The notes under the pieces: model-generated | Databases searched by the model: none | Told to the model about the DNA's origin: nothing | Seen by the model: the letters and a program-made list of their open reading frames with translations, nothing else | IMG/VR virus record: IMGVR_UViG_2778261630_000007 | Source: a virus | Taxonomy: Duplodnaviria > Heunggongvirae > Uroviricota > Caudoviricetes | Length of the DNA stretch: 38,730 bases | Strand: one strand, 5' to 3' | In this document: in pieces, positions 28,839 to 37,494 of the stretch | Layout of the letters: the number at the start of each line of letters is the position of its first letter | Position numbering within the stretch: the stretch's first letter is position 1 | Translations under genes and position numbers: made by a program

Positions 28839-29261
28839 TTAATGAACAATGACAGAATCGTCGGAAGACCCGCCGCCGCTGAAATGCGCTTTCCGGTAAA
28901 CGGCTTGGACTGCATCATCATGCGCATCAATTGCCGTACTTAACGCTTCCTGCGCCGCCAGTAATGCACGGCGTTCCAGGGTATCGAAGATGCAGAGTCG
29001 GTGACGCAGCTCGCGCGGAAGGATTGCCAGAATTGCTGGGATCAGCTTCTGAATTTTTTCTCTTTGCGTTTTCGTTTCACCTTTCAACCAACGGTGATAG
29101 ATATTCTGCTGATTGTTCCAGTCCTTGCCTGGAACCAGGGGCAATTCGCCGCCCCCCTGGCGCAGATATTCTTCAGTAATTGCATTGGCTACCCATGCCT
29201 GCCCTTTTTCGGCTGCCAGGGCAAACAACACTGATTCGATGTGCTCATGCTTGATTTTCAT
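28839..29261 (-). CDS. ydaT: YdaT-like protein (toxic second gene of the ydaS-ydaT pair)
   Basis: 140-aa ORF directly after the Cro-like gene; size and position match Rac YdaT. Confidence 0.7.
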   Translation of the reverse strand: MKIKHEHIESVLFALAAEKGQAWVANAITEEYLRQGGGELPLVPGKDWNNQQNIYHRWLKGETKTQREKIQKLIPAILAILPRELRHRLCIFDTLERRALLAAQEALSTAIDAHDDAVQAVYRKAHFSGGGSSDDSVIVH

Positions 29262-29283
29262 GAATCATTTGCCTCTTGATGTT

Positions 29284-29580
29284 TCAGGTATGATCAAATG
29301 AGGATTTGTTACTGTCATTTAGTTGCTTCACTGACATATTCTGCGAACAACATGCCGAACGTCGTAAATATGACCAGTCAATATCAGGACGAAGCTCTTC
29401 GCACAGAATCTCACCTCTTGTTGCACGTTCAATTGCTGGACATCTCTCGGCAGGCAATTGACGTACCCCTTTGATCCATTGATTTACGCTTGGAGGTGAT
29501 ACACCTAAAAGCCTAGCCATTGCTGATTGCCCACCGACAACAGCACAAGCTTGCTTGAATGAATAGTTCTCTTTTTTCAT
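29284..29580 (-). CDS. ydaS: Cro/CII-like HTH regulator YdaS
   Basis: 98 aa; HTH core QSAMARLLGVSPPSVNQWIKGVRQLP; divergent from racR; GGAG upstream of ATG at 29580. Confidence 0.85.
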   Translation of the reverse strand: MKKENYSFKQACAVVGGQSAMARLLGVSPPSVNQWIKGVRQLPAERCPAIERATRGEILCEELRPDIDWSYLRRSACCSQNMSVKQLNDSNKSSFDHT

Positions 29581-29609
29581 CGAATGAACTCCAAAAACAC
29601 ACAGAAATA

Positions 29610-29649
29610 TTAGGCGACGCCTAACATAAATGTCAATAGGCTATGCCTA
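29610..29649. promoter_or_regulatory. OR-like operator region between ydaS and racR: two TAGGC-N3-GCCTA palindromes
   Basis: TAGGCgacGCCTA at 29612..29624 and TAGGCtatGCCTA at 29637..29649 in the 123-bp divergent intergenic region; a minus-strand TTGACA -35 lies at 29631..29636. Confidence 0.6.
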
Positions 29650-29703
29650 ATGCGATAAGGGTAGGGATTGCCTAATGCAATGAGCATAGGAGAATATTAA
29701 GCA

Positions 29704-30180
29704 ATGCTTAGTGGTAAAGACTTAGGCCGAGCGATAGAGCAGGCCATTAACAAAAAAATCGCATCGGGATCCGTCAAATCAAAGGCGGAGGTCGCACGCC
29801 ACTTCAAAGTCCAACCACCATCAATTTATGACTGGATTAAGAAAGGCTCCATAAGTAAAGATAAACTTCCAGAATTATGGCGTTTCTTTTCTGATGTTGT
29901 TGGTCCAGAGCATTGGGGGCTTAACGAATACCCCATACCAACCCCCACCAATTCAGATACAAAAAGTGAACTTTTAGATATAAACAACCTTTATCAAGCA
30001 GCCTCTGATGAAATAAGAGCGATTGTAGCTTTCCTGTTATCTGGAAATACTACAGAACCAGATTGGGTTGACCACGATGTTCGCGCCTACATAGCAGCGA
30101 TGGAAATGAAAGTGGGTAAGTATCTGAAAGCTCTAGAATCTGAACGGAAAAGCCAGAACATCACAAAAACTGGAACTTAA
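29704..30180 (+). CDS. racR: prophage repressor RacR
   Basis: 158 aa; N-terminal HTH (KSKAEVARHFKVQPPSIYDWIKKG); divergent from ydaS; AGGAG upstream of the start. Confidence 0.85.
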   Translation: MLSGKDLGRAIEQAINKKIASGSVKSKAEVARHFKVQPPSIYDWIKKGSISKDKLPELWRFFSDVVGPEHWGLNEYPIPTPTNSDTKSELLDINNLYQAASDEIRAIVAFLLSGNTTEPDWVDHDVRAYIAAMEMKVGKYLKALESERKSQNITKTGT

Positions 30181-30276
30181 ACTTATATGGTCTGACGGAA
30201 AACTCTTGGATTCCGTTATTTAACCCCCCATCACTTTCTCCTGTCGCCATCACCTATTAGGTTACGCCCAAAACAT

Positions 30277-30318
30277 TAGGCATAGCCTATTGACAATCAA
30301 TTAGGCATTACCTATAGT
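30277..30318 (+). promoter_or_regulatory. OL-like operator pair overlapping a sigma70-like promoter for the early-left operon
   Basis: TAGGCataGCCTA at 30277..30289, TTGACA at 30291..30296, TAGGCattaCCTA at 30302..30314, TATAGT at 30313..30318 with a 16-nt spacer. Confidence 0.55.
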
Positions 30319-30487
30319 TCCAGCATACCACCCACCCCGCCCCACAGAACGCAGGGCAATACTTCGAGTTACCAGGCAGTGGTAAGGGGTTAAGTAGCCA
30401 GCCCGAGGCGTATGAACATGACGGCGGGATTCAAATTTTGCAGTGCAGCAGTTAGTTCCGCCACCCGGCGTTAAGGGGAGAGATAAG

Positions 30488-30622
30488 ATGGTGCATTACG
30501 AAGTAGTTCAGTATTTGATGGATTGTTGCGATATCACTTACAGCCAGGCTGTACAGGCTCTACGCAGCAACGACTGGGATCTCTGGCAGGCAGAAGCCTC
30601 TATCCGCAACAACAAAATGTGA
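30488..30622 (+). CDS. ydaG: YdaG-like small protein (44 aa), below the ORF-track threshold
   Basis: ATG at 30488 preceded by GGGGAGAG; MVHYEVVQYLMDCCDITYSQAVQALRSNDWDLWQAEASIRNNKM; size and position match Rac ydaG. Confidence 0.55.
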   Translation: MVHYEVVQYLMDCCDITYSQAVQALRSNDWDLWQAEASIRNNKM

Positions 30623-30632
30623 GGTGCGAAAA

Positions 30633-30788
30633 ATGCAAAAAATCGACCTCGGCAATAACGAATCCCTAGTGTGCGGCGTGTTCCCCAACCAAGATGGAAC
30701 GTTCACTGCTATGACGTATACCAAAAGCAAAACATTTAAAACCGAAACTGGTGCGCGCCGATGGTTGGAGAAGCACACAGTAAGCTAA
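30633..30788 (+). CDS. ydaF: YdaF-like small protein (51 aa), below the ORF-track threshold
   Basis: ATG at 30633 preceded by GAGGTG; MQKIDLGNNESLVCGVFPNQDGTFTAMTYTKSKTFKTETGARRWLEKHTVS. Confidence 0.55.
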   Translation: MQKIDLGNNESLVCGVFPNQDGTFTAMTYTKSKTFKTETGARRWLEKHTVS

Positions 30789-31273
30789 CGATTAAAACGT
30801 CTACTCCTGCTGTTCCAGAATAACTTCATAAAATGGGAGTATTTTTCGGTGACGAGATAATAAGAACAGTTTGCGCTATCACTCTGATGTTGAATGATGC
30901 CCTTCCGTTCTAATTTTTTCATAACCGGGTTACGGCAAGGAGAAGTGATAATAAGATTTCCTGTTTTAAGGAAATCTTTAAATACAGCGATTTCTTTCTC
31001 AGATAAACGAAGCAATACTCGTTGCTCTGGTAGTAATGAATAATGCTTTTGAATATGTGCTCGCAATCTTGAGAAGGAAATGGCGACCACGAAAGAAAAG
31101 GCAAAAACGATAATCTGAAAGAGCCAAGGTATTTCAGTATAAGCATTGAATTCGACAGTAAACTCTTTCGGTATCAGCCAGAGAGTGAGACCAAAAATGA
31201 TAATCGTATACATAAGTCTTTCGAGTAGCTCGTTAGCAAAAAGTTTCAACAATGGAGTAAATACATCCAACAT
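30785..31273 (-). CDS. sieB: superinfection exclusion protein B
   Basis: 162 aa from ATG at 31273 (MLDVFTPLLKLFANELLERLMYTIIIFGLTLWLIPKEF...); two TM segments; AT-rich; matches Rac SieB size and position. Confidence 0.8.
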   Translation of the reverse strand: MLDVFTPLLKLFANELLERLMYTIIIFGLTLWLIPKEFTVEFNAYTEIPWLFQIIVFAFSFVVAISFSRLRAHIQKHYSLLPEQRVLLRLSEKEIAVFKDFLKTGNLIITSPCRNPVMKKLERKGIIQHQSDSANCSYYLVTEKYSHFMKLFWNSRSRRFNR

Positions 31274-31491
31274 ATCAATAATTCTCAACTGTAAGGGTAT
31301 TGAAATGTTAACACAAGCTCTCGCTGTAGGGGTATAGCCGAGACCACCGAAGCCCGGAGGTGGTGAAATAAAACCGGGCACAACACGAAGGCGCACTTCC
31401 GGTATCCATAAAGAGTCGGTCTTGTCTGTTAAATTTAAATGGTGGGAGTGCGCCTCCGGTTGTAAATAACAACACTGCTGTGTGTAGTCTT

Positions 31492-31539
31492 GGCGGCATC
31501 AGTTTTTTCTTGAAGTTCGACTGATGTCCGCCCTTTTTA
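31492..31539 (+). terminator. putative + strand hairpin with U-run upstream of kilR (terminator or antitermination element)
   Basis: GGCGGCATCAG ... CTGATGTCCGCC (11 to 12 bp stem, 18-nt loop) followed by CTTTTTAAA. Confidence 0.35.
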
Positions 31540-31713
31540 AAGTGAATTTTGTGATGCGGTGAATGCGGCTAAGCGCACGCGGCACAGTTAAAAGTCATGT
31601 TAGTCCTTATTGGTTTGGGTGGGAAAGCCGACTGTAATTGTTAACTGGTTGCAGTCACCTGGAGGCACCAGGCACCGCATCAACAAAGTTCATTTGTAAA
31701 AATGGAGATAATT

Positions 31714-31935
31714 ATGATTGCACATCACTTCGGAACTGATGAAATACCACGTCAGTGTGTGACTCCTGGTGATTATGTTCTTCATGAAGGCCGGACATAT
31801 ATCGCCTCGGCAAACAATATTAAAAAGCGAAAACTTTATATTCGTAACCTGACTACAAAAACATGCATTTCTGACTGCATGATTAAAGTCTTCCTCGGTC
31901 GTGATGGTTTACCAGTAAAGGCGGAGTCATGGTGA
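31714..31935 (+). CDS. kilR: KilR, FtsZ-targeting cell division inhibitor
   Basis: 73 aa from ATG at 31714 preceded by GGAGA; [49 protein letters not shown]... matches Rac KilR as recalled. Confidence 0.85.
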   Translation: MIAHHFGTDEIPRQCVTPGDYVLHEGRTYIASANNIKKRKLYIRNLTTKTCISDCMIKVFLGRDGLPVKAESW

Positions 31936-32105
31936 TGACTAAGAAAATAAAATGTGCTTACCACCTTTGCAATAAAGGAATTGAAGAAAGCAAAAGCATT
32001 AAAAGACCACTTCATTTCATGCGTGGAGTTATCCCAACGACGGAAATGAAAAAATATTGTAGTGAAAATTGTGCCGAAAAAGACCAGATGGCACACGAAC
32101 TTTAA
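31935..32105 (+). CDS. ydaE: YdaE-like small Cys-rich protein (56 aa)
   Basis: ATG at 31935 overlaps the kilR stop (TGATG); [56 protein letters not shown]. Confidence 0.7.
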   Translation: MTKKIKCAYHLCNKGIEESKSIKRPLHFMRGVIPTTEMKKYCSENCAEKDQMAHEL

Positions 32106-32178
32106 TTAACTGACTATGCGAAACTGAATTTATGCCAGCAATGGCAGGGATTCGCTCAACCTTAATTAAGGAGAAAAA

Positions 32179-32454
32179 ATGATTACCAATTATGAAGTCA
32201 CTGTTGTAACTACCGATGACATTGTTCACGAGGTTAATCTGGAAGGAAAGCGTATTGGCTACGTGATTAAAACAGAAAATAAAGAAACCCCATTCACTGT
32301 GGTTGATATTGACGGCCCATCAGGCAACGTAAAAACACTTGATGAAGGTGTCACAAAAATGAGTCTGGTTCACATCGGAAAGAATCTGCCCGTAGAAAAA
32401 AAAGCCGGATTTCTGGCAACTCTGATTGCAATGAAATTAAAAGGTGAAATCTGA
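32179..32454 (+). CDS. racC: RacC protein
   Basis: 91 aa; AAGGAGA upstream; MITNYEVTVVTTDDIVHEVNLEGKRIGYVIKTENKETPF... matches Rac RacC as recalled. Confidence 0.8.
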   Translation: MITNYEVTVVTTDDIVHEVNLEGKRIGYVIKTENKETPFTVVDIDGPSGNVKTLDEGVTKMSLVHIGKNLPVEKKAGFLATLIAMKLKGEI

Positions 32455-32552
32455 AAAAAGAAAGCCTGCACAACGTGCAGGCCTGAGTGAAGAACCTGGG
32501 ACATTTATTCATCACTCGCAGTAATTTTAATCTGAGTTGAGGTTAAAAAACA

Positions 32553-33284
32553 ATGAGCACAAAACCACTCTTCCTGTTACGGAAAGCGAAAAAATCATCC
32601 GGTGAACCTGACGTCGTCCTGTGGGCAAGCGACGATTTTGAATCGACCTGTGCCACTCTGGACTACCTGATCGTTAAGTCAGGTAAAAAACTGAGCAGCT
32701 ATTTTAAAGCTGTTGCCACGAATTTTCCTGTCGTTAATGACCTGCCCCCTGAAGGTGAGATCGATTTTACCTGGAGTGAACGCTATCAACTCAGCAAAGA
32801 CTCCATGACCTGGGAACTAAAATCGGGAGCAGCGCCAGACGACGTTCACCATCAGGAGAATGCTCAGGAAACCGAAGAACTGACGGGAGGGCAGGAAGAA
32901 AACACACTGGCAGACGCTCACGGGGATTGCCAGGATTGCGAAGTTTCTGTATCTACTTTGCGGTTCACACAGCGTCTTCTGCACATTTTTACGTATGCGG
33001 CCGGGAATCGGAAATACCTGCATCATGCCACCCGTGAACAACGCGAACACATTACTGCTCTTGAGATGGATCAGGAAAACAGCTATGTCCAGAATCTGCT
33101 GTTGGCCATACGCGGTATGGCAGAACCGACAACTCTGGATAATGCCGCCCTGCTCCGCCTGACTGATGCAATTAAGGCAGTTTTCTCTATCACGAAAAAA
33201 CATCAGCCCTATGAATTTAAGAATTTCATTTCAGCCTGGCTGGATACCGAACACATTGATCGTGGTCTTCTGACAAAAGAATGA
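32553..33284 (+). CDS. recE: RecE (exonuclease VIII) N-terminal segment, ending at an in-frame TGA
   Basis: MSTKPLFLLRKAKKSSGEPDVVLWASDDFESTCATLDYLIVKSGKKLSSYFKAVATNFPVVNDLP... matches the RecE N-terminus as recalled; TGA at 33282..33284; the downstream ORF is in the same frame with no intervening stop. Confidence 0.7.
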   Translation: MSTKPLFLLRKAKKSSGEPDVVLWASDDFESTCATLDYLIVKSGKKLSSYFKAVATNFPVVNDLPPEGEIDFTWSERYQLSKDSMTWELKSGAAPDDVHHQENAQETEELTGGQEENTLADAHGDCQDCEVSVSTLRFTQRLLHIFTYAAGNRKYLHHATREQREHITALEMDQENSYVQNLLLAIRGMAEPTTLDNAALLRLTDAIKAVFSITKKHQPYEFKNFISAWLDTEHIDRGLLTKE

Positions 33285-33431
33285 AGGAAAGGGAATCGTG
33301 TTTCACGCATCACTCGCACGGCTTCCGGTGCTAATGCTGGCGGCGGGAACCTCACCGATCGCGGCGAAGGTTTCGTCCACGATCTGACGTCACTGGCACG
33401 CGATGTAGCCACTGGCGTACTGGCCCGTTCA

Positions 33432-35675
33432 ATGGACGTGGACATCTATAACCTTCATCCGGCACACGCTAAACGCATTGAGGAAATTATCGCTGAAAAT
33501 AAACCGCCCTTTTCTGTTTTCCGCGACAAATTCATCACCATGCCTGGCGGGCTGGATTATTCACGCGCCATCGTGGTTGCGTCCGTGAAAGAAGCACCAA
33601 TTGGGATCGAGGTCATCCCCGCGCACGTCACTGAATATCTGAACAAAGTACTGACTGAAACCGATCATGCCAACCCTGATCCGGAAATCGTGGATATTGC
33701 CTGCGGTCGCTCCTCTGCCCCGATGCCGCAGCGTGTAACAGAAGAAGGAAAACAGGATGATGAAGAAAAACCGCAACCATCTGAAACAACGGCAGATGAA
33801 CAGGGAGAGGCTGAAACAATGGAACCGGACGCAACTGAACATCATCAGGACACGCAGCCGCTGGATGCTCAGTCACAGGTAAATTCTGTTGATGCGAAAT
33901 ATCAGGAACTGCGGGCAGAACTCCATGAAGCCCGGAAAAACATTCCATCAAAAAATCCTGTCGATGCCGATAAATTGCTTGCTGCATCACGTGGTGAATT
34001 TGTTGACGGAATTAGCGACCCGAACGATCCGAAATGGGTTAAGGGGATCCAGACTCGCGATTCTGTGTACCAGAACCAGCCAGAAACGGAAAAAACCAGC
34101 CCGGATGTGAAACAACCTGAGGCAGTAGTGCAACAGGAACCGGAAATAGTCTGCAATGCCTGCGGTCAGACTGGCGGAGATAACTGCCCTGACTGTGGGG
34201 CGGTGACGGGCGACGCAACATACCAGGAAACATTCGATGAAGAGAATCAGGTTGAAGCTAAGGAAAAAGATCCGGTGGAAATGGAAGGCGCTGAACATCC
34301 GCACAATGAGAATGCTGGCAGCGATCCGCATCGTGATTGCAGTGATGAAACTGGTGAAGCGTCAGCTCCTGTAGCAACTGAAATCATGTGGCCGTCATAT
34401 TTCGAGCCTGGCCGCTATGAAAACCTCCCGAACGAGGTTTATCACTCCGCCAACGGAATAAGCAGCACGATGCTGAAGGATGCCCGTATCAGCCTGATGT
34501 ATTACCACGGACGGCACATTGCCGGAACTATTCCGAACGAGGAAAGTGATGCACTGCTGCGTGGGCGGATCATTCACAGCTATGTTCTGGAAACGGATAA
34601 ATTCGCTGATGAATATGCCATTCCGGTACCGGTTCCTGAATATGTGGTTACTACTTCTAGCGAACTGATCGCCATCATTAAAAAACACAATGCCAGTCTG
34701 CCAGCACTGATGACACCAGAGCAGATGAAAGAGTGGATCGAAAGCTACAACAGCACTCTTATACAGCCACTGTCTGTAAGTGCCGGGGCCGAAGAAACAG
34801 GCATCCTTTACGGTTCGCTTCCGGTGGAATTTCGGCGTATTCCTGAGGGGGAAAAACACACAGCATCAGCAATGAAAGCCTGTATTAAAGAATACAACGC
34901 AAGCCTCCCTCCTCTGTTGAAAACCAGTGGAGCACGGGAGCAGCTTCTGGATCAAATTGAAACTGTAGACCCAGAACTGGCAAAAAAAGAACGTGCTAAA
35001 TCTTTGCCTTACAACATCAGTGGCACAAAAGAGCAATTAACCGAAATCGCACGGAAAATTCGCCCGGAACTGGTGACACTGGAGGACTGGCAAAAACGCC
35101 AGCAAGAAGAAAATGCCGGGAAAACGTTTATCAGTCCGGAGATGTATGAACAGGCAAAAAATATTCACGCGGCACTGCAAAACAATACCGATGCAGCAAG
35201 GCTACTCAACCACCCGGATCGCAAATCTGAAATCAGCTATTTCGGGTTTGATGAAGAAACCGGGCTGGAAATCAGGGTCCGTCCTGATATCGAAATCCGG
35301 CTGCCATACGAAAGCATTTGCGCTGACGTGAAGTCAGTCAGCCTCGGTTATGTGCGACAGGAACGACTTAAAGATCGCCTGCACCGTGAAATTATTGAGC
35401 GTGATTATCACCTCAGCGCCGCAATGTATTGCGATGTGGCAAACCTGGACAAATTTTTCTGGATCTTCGTCAACAAAGATGCTGGCTATCACTGGGTGGC
35501 AGTCGTGGAAGCCTCGCAGGAACTCCTGGAACTTGGTCGACAGGAATATCGCCGGACGCTACGCCAGATAAACGAAGCCCTGGAGACAAACAACTGGCCA
35601 GCACCGATTACCGAAAGTTATACCGACGAATTAAACGACTTTGATCTTCGTCGTCTTGAAGCACTGAGCATCTGA
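33432..35675 (+). CDS. recE: RecE (exonuclease VIII) central region and C-terminal nuclease domain
   Basis: 747-aa ORF in the same frame as 32553..33284; the 49 codons between them also read as RecE-like ([33 protein letters not shown]...); acidic central linker; C-terminal domain is divergent from K-12 RecE as recalled. Confidence 0.75.
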   Translation: MDVDIYNLHPAHAKRIEEIIAENKPPFSVFRDKFITMPGGLDYSRAIVVASVKEAPIGIEVIPAHVTEYLNKVLTETDHANPDPEIVDIACGRSSAPMPQRVTEEGKQDDEEKPQPSETTADEQGEAETMEPDATEHHQDTQPLDAQSQVNSVDAKYQELRAELHEARKNIPSKNPVDADKLLAASRGEFVDGISDPNDPKWVKGIQTRDSVYQNQPETEKTSPDVKQPEAVVQQEPEIVCNACGQTGGDNCPDCGAVTGDATYQETFDEENQVEAKEKDPVEMEGAEHPHNENAGSDPHRDCSDETGEASAPVATEIMWPSYFEPGRYENLPNEVYHSANGISSTMLKDARISLMYYHGRHIAGTIPNEESDALLRGRIIHSYVLETDKFADEYAIPVPVPEYVVTTSSELIAIIKKHNASLPALMTPEQMKEWIESYNSTLIQPLSVSAGAEETGILYGSLPVEFRRIPEGEKHTASAMKACIKEYNASLPPLLKTSGAREQLLDQIETVDPELAKKERAKSLPYNISGTKEQLTEIARKIRPELVTLEDWQKRQQEENAGKTFISPEMYEQAKNIHAALQNNTDAARLLNHPDRKSEISYFGFDEETGLEIRVRPDIEIRLPYESICADVKSVSLGYVRQERLKDRLHREIIERDYHLSAAMYCDVANLDKFFWIFVNKDAGYHWVAVVEASQELLELGRQEYRRTLRQINEALETNNWPAPITESYTDELNDFDLRRLEALSI

Positions 35676-35686
35676 GGAAGGACACA

Positions 35687-36739
35687 ATGAACGAATTAAC
35701 TCAACAAGAAAATATTAACTCTAATGTTGCGGTTTTCAGCCCTCAGTCCCTGGCTGCAATTCAGACATTTTCCCAGGTAATGGCTTCCGGCATGGCTACT
35801 GTACCGGAACACCTCCGGGGAAATCCATCAGACTGCATGGCCATCACCATGCAGGCGATGCAGTGGCAAATGAACCCTTACGCAGTAGCTCAGAAAACTT
35901 TCGTTGTGAATGGTGTGCTCGGATATGAAGCGCAACTGGTTAATGCCGTAATCAGTACTCGTGGGCCGCTAACCGGGCGTATTGAATATGACTGGTTCGG
36001 GCCGTGGGAAAAAATTATCGGGAAATTTGAAATCAGGAAGAGCGACAAAGGGAAAGAATATCGTGTACCTGGCTGGAAGCTGGCCGATGAAAACGGGATC
36101 GGTGTTCGTGTCCAGGCAACACTACGCGGCGAAAGTAAACCACGCGTACTGGAATTACTTCTGGCGCAGGCCAGAACACGTAACTCAACGCTATGGGCCG
36201 ACGATCCTCGCCAGCAGCTTGCCTATCTAGCGCTGAAACGCTGGGCGCGCCTTTATTGCCCCGAAGTGATTCTTGGAGTGTACACCAGGGACGAACTGGA
36301 CGAGCCACAGGAAAAAATCATTAATCCGGTTCAGGAACATAAAAACACTTCCGCTTGCCGCGCGGAACGTGAAACAACAATTATTGAGCAGGATGCCGGG
36401 GAAAACTGGATCGATGCTTTCCGTGAACGTATTGAGCAGGCACAAAGCACCGGGGAAACAACAGCACTTCGCCAGGAAGTGGAAGATCATAAAAATACAC
36501 TTGGCGCTCTCTATACGGAACTTAAAGGAAAAGTGGTTCAGCGTCATCACCGTCTCAATGCTATTGCCCGTATCGAGAAGATGATAAATGACCTACCTTC
36601 TTCAGGTGATCCAGAAGCAGAACAAAAATTTACTGCTCTGGAAAATACGCTGAATGCTGCCCGGCCACATCTGGGTGAATTATATGAGGCGTATAAAACG
36701 ACACTGACAGATATGAAACCAGAATATATCGGCTCCTGA
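35687..36739 (+). CDS. single-strand annealing protein (RecT/Redbeta superfamily, Bet-like)
   Basis: 350 aa directly after recE with GAGGAAGGA upstream; ...QWQMNPYAVAQKTFVVNGVLGYEA... and ...STLWADDPRQQLAYLALKRWARLY... resemble lambda Bet more than K-12 RecT. Confidence 0.65.
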   Translation: MNELTQQENINSNVAVFSPQSLAAIQTFSQVMASGMATVPEHLRGNPSDCMAITMQAMQWQMNPYAVAQKTFVVNGVLGYEAQLVNAVISTRGPLTGRIEYDWFGPWEKIIGKFEIRKSDKGKEYRVPGWKLADENGIGVRVQATLRGESKPRVLELLLAQARTRNSTLWADDPRQQLAYLALKRWARLYCPEVILGVYTRDELDEPQEKIINPVQEHKNTSACRAERETTIIEQDAGENWIDAFRERIEQAQSTGETTALRQEVEDHKNTLGALYTELKGKVVQRHHRLNAIARIEKMINDLPSSGDPEAEQKFTALENTLNAARPHLGELYEAYKTTLTDMKPEYIGS

Positions 36740-36802
36740 TATTGACTTTGGCGGTGTAGCCTCACCGCCATCACAAAATTTTATTTTATGAGAGAAAAGA
36801 CA

Positions 36803-36997
36803 ATGCGGTATGAAAAAGTCAAACCATGCCCTTTTTGTGGTTGTCCATCAGTAACGGTGAAAGCCATTTCCGGATATTACCGCGCGAAGTGTAACGGATG
36901 CGAATCCCGAACCGGCTATGGTGGAAGTGAAAAAGAAGCACTCGAACGATGGAATAAACGAACCACTGGAAATAATAATGGAGGTGTTCATGTATAA
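36803..36997 (+). CDS. ralR: restriction alleviation protein Lar/RalR
   Basis: 64 aa from ATG at 36803; MRYEKVKPCPFCGCPSVTVKAISGYYRAKCNGCESRTGYGGSEKEALERWNKR...; Cys4 zinc-ribbon; position between the annealing protein gene and ydaC as in Rac. Confidence 0.65.
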   Translation: MRYEKVKPCPFCGCPSVTVKAISGYYRAKCNGCESRTGYGGSEKEALERWNKRTTGNNNGGVHV

Positions 36998-37178
36998 AAT
37001 TACCGCCACTATTGAAAAGGAAGGTGGCACTCCTACTAACTGGACAAGGTACTCAAAAACAAAATTAACCAAATCAGAATGCGAAAAAATGCTCTCAGGT
37101 AAAAAAGAAGCAGGCGTTTCCAGAGAGCAGAAAGTAAAACTGATAAATTTTAATTGCGAGCAACTTCAGTCCTCGTGA
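36990..37178 (+). CDS. ydaC: YdaC-like small protein
   Basis: ATG at 36990 preceded by GGAGGTG; MYKITATIEKEGGTPTNWTRYSKTKLTKSECEKMLSGKK...; 8-bp overlap with lar. Confidence 0.6.
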   Translation: MYKITATIEKEGGTPTNWTRYSKTKLTKSECEKMLSGKKEAGVSREQKVKLINFNCEQLQSS

Positions 37179-37277
37179 ATTGCATTGTATTCAAATTAAA
37201 ACTTCATAGCTGATTATTAATAATCAACATCGGGCGTCAATTTCAGTCTAACATTGGCGCCTGCCAGAGGTGATGCG

Positions 37278-37493
37278 ATGGCACAAGTAATCTTTAATGA
37301 AGAGTGGATGGTTGAATACGGCCTGATGCTTCGCACTGGTCTGGGGGCCAGACAAATTGAAGCATACCGCCAGAACTGTTGGGTGGAAGGCTTCCACTTC
37401 AAACGAGTATCTCCTTTAGGGAAGCCAGACAGTAAGCGAGGGATTATCTGGTACAACTATCCAAAGATAAATCAGTTTATCAAAGACTCATGA
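37278..37493 (+). CDS. xis: excisionase (Xis-like)
   Basis: 71 aa from ATG at 37278 preceded by GAGGTG; immediately upstream of int with a 1-bp gap; small basic protein. Confidence 0.7.
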   Translation: MAQVIFNEEWMVEYGLMLRTGLGARQIEAYRQNCWVEGFHFKRVSPLGKPDSKRGIIWYNYPKINQFIKDS

Positions 37494-37494
37494 T

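Noticed and set aside
32453-32482. Minus-strand terminator-like hairpin between racC and recE
   Set aside because: GCCTGCAC...GTGCAGGC with an A-run upstream would terminate only minus-strand transcripts, and there is no minus-strand gene upstream; kept as an incidental hairpin.
33282-33284. TGA in recE as selenocysteine or programmed read-through
   Set aside because: No SECIS-like hairpin immediately downstream and no precedent in RecE; a nonsense mutation or sequencing error is more parsimonious.
33561-34859. Multiple minus-strand ORFs (64 to 154 aa) within recE
   Set aside because: Antisense to the RecE ORF, which has recognisable homology; no independent support.
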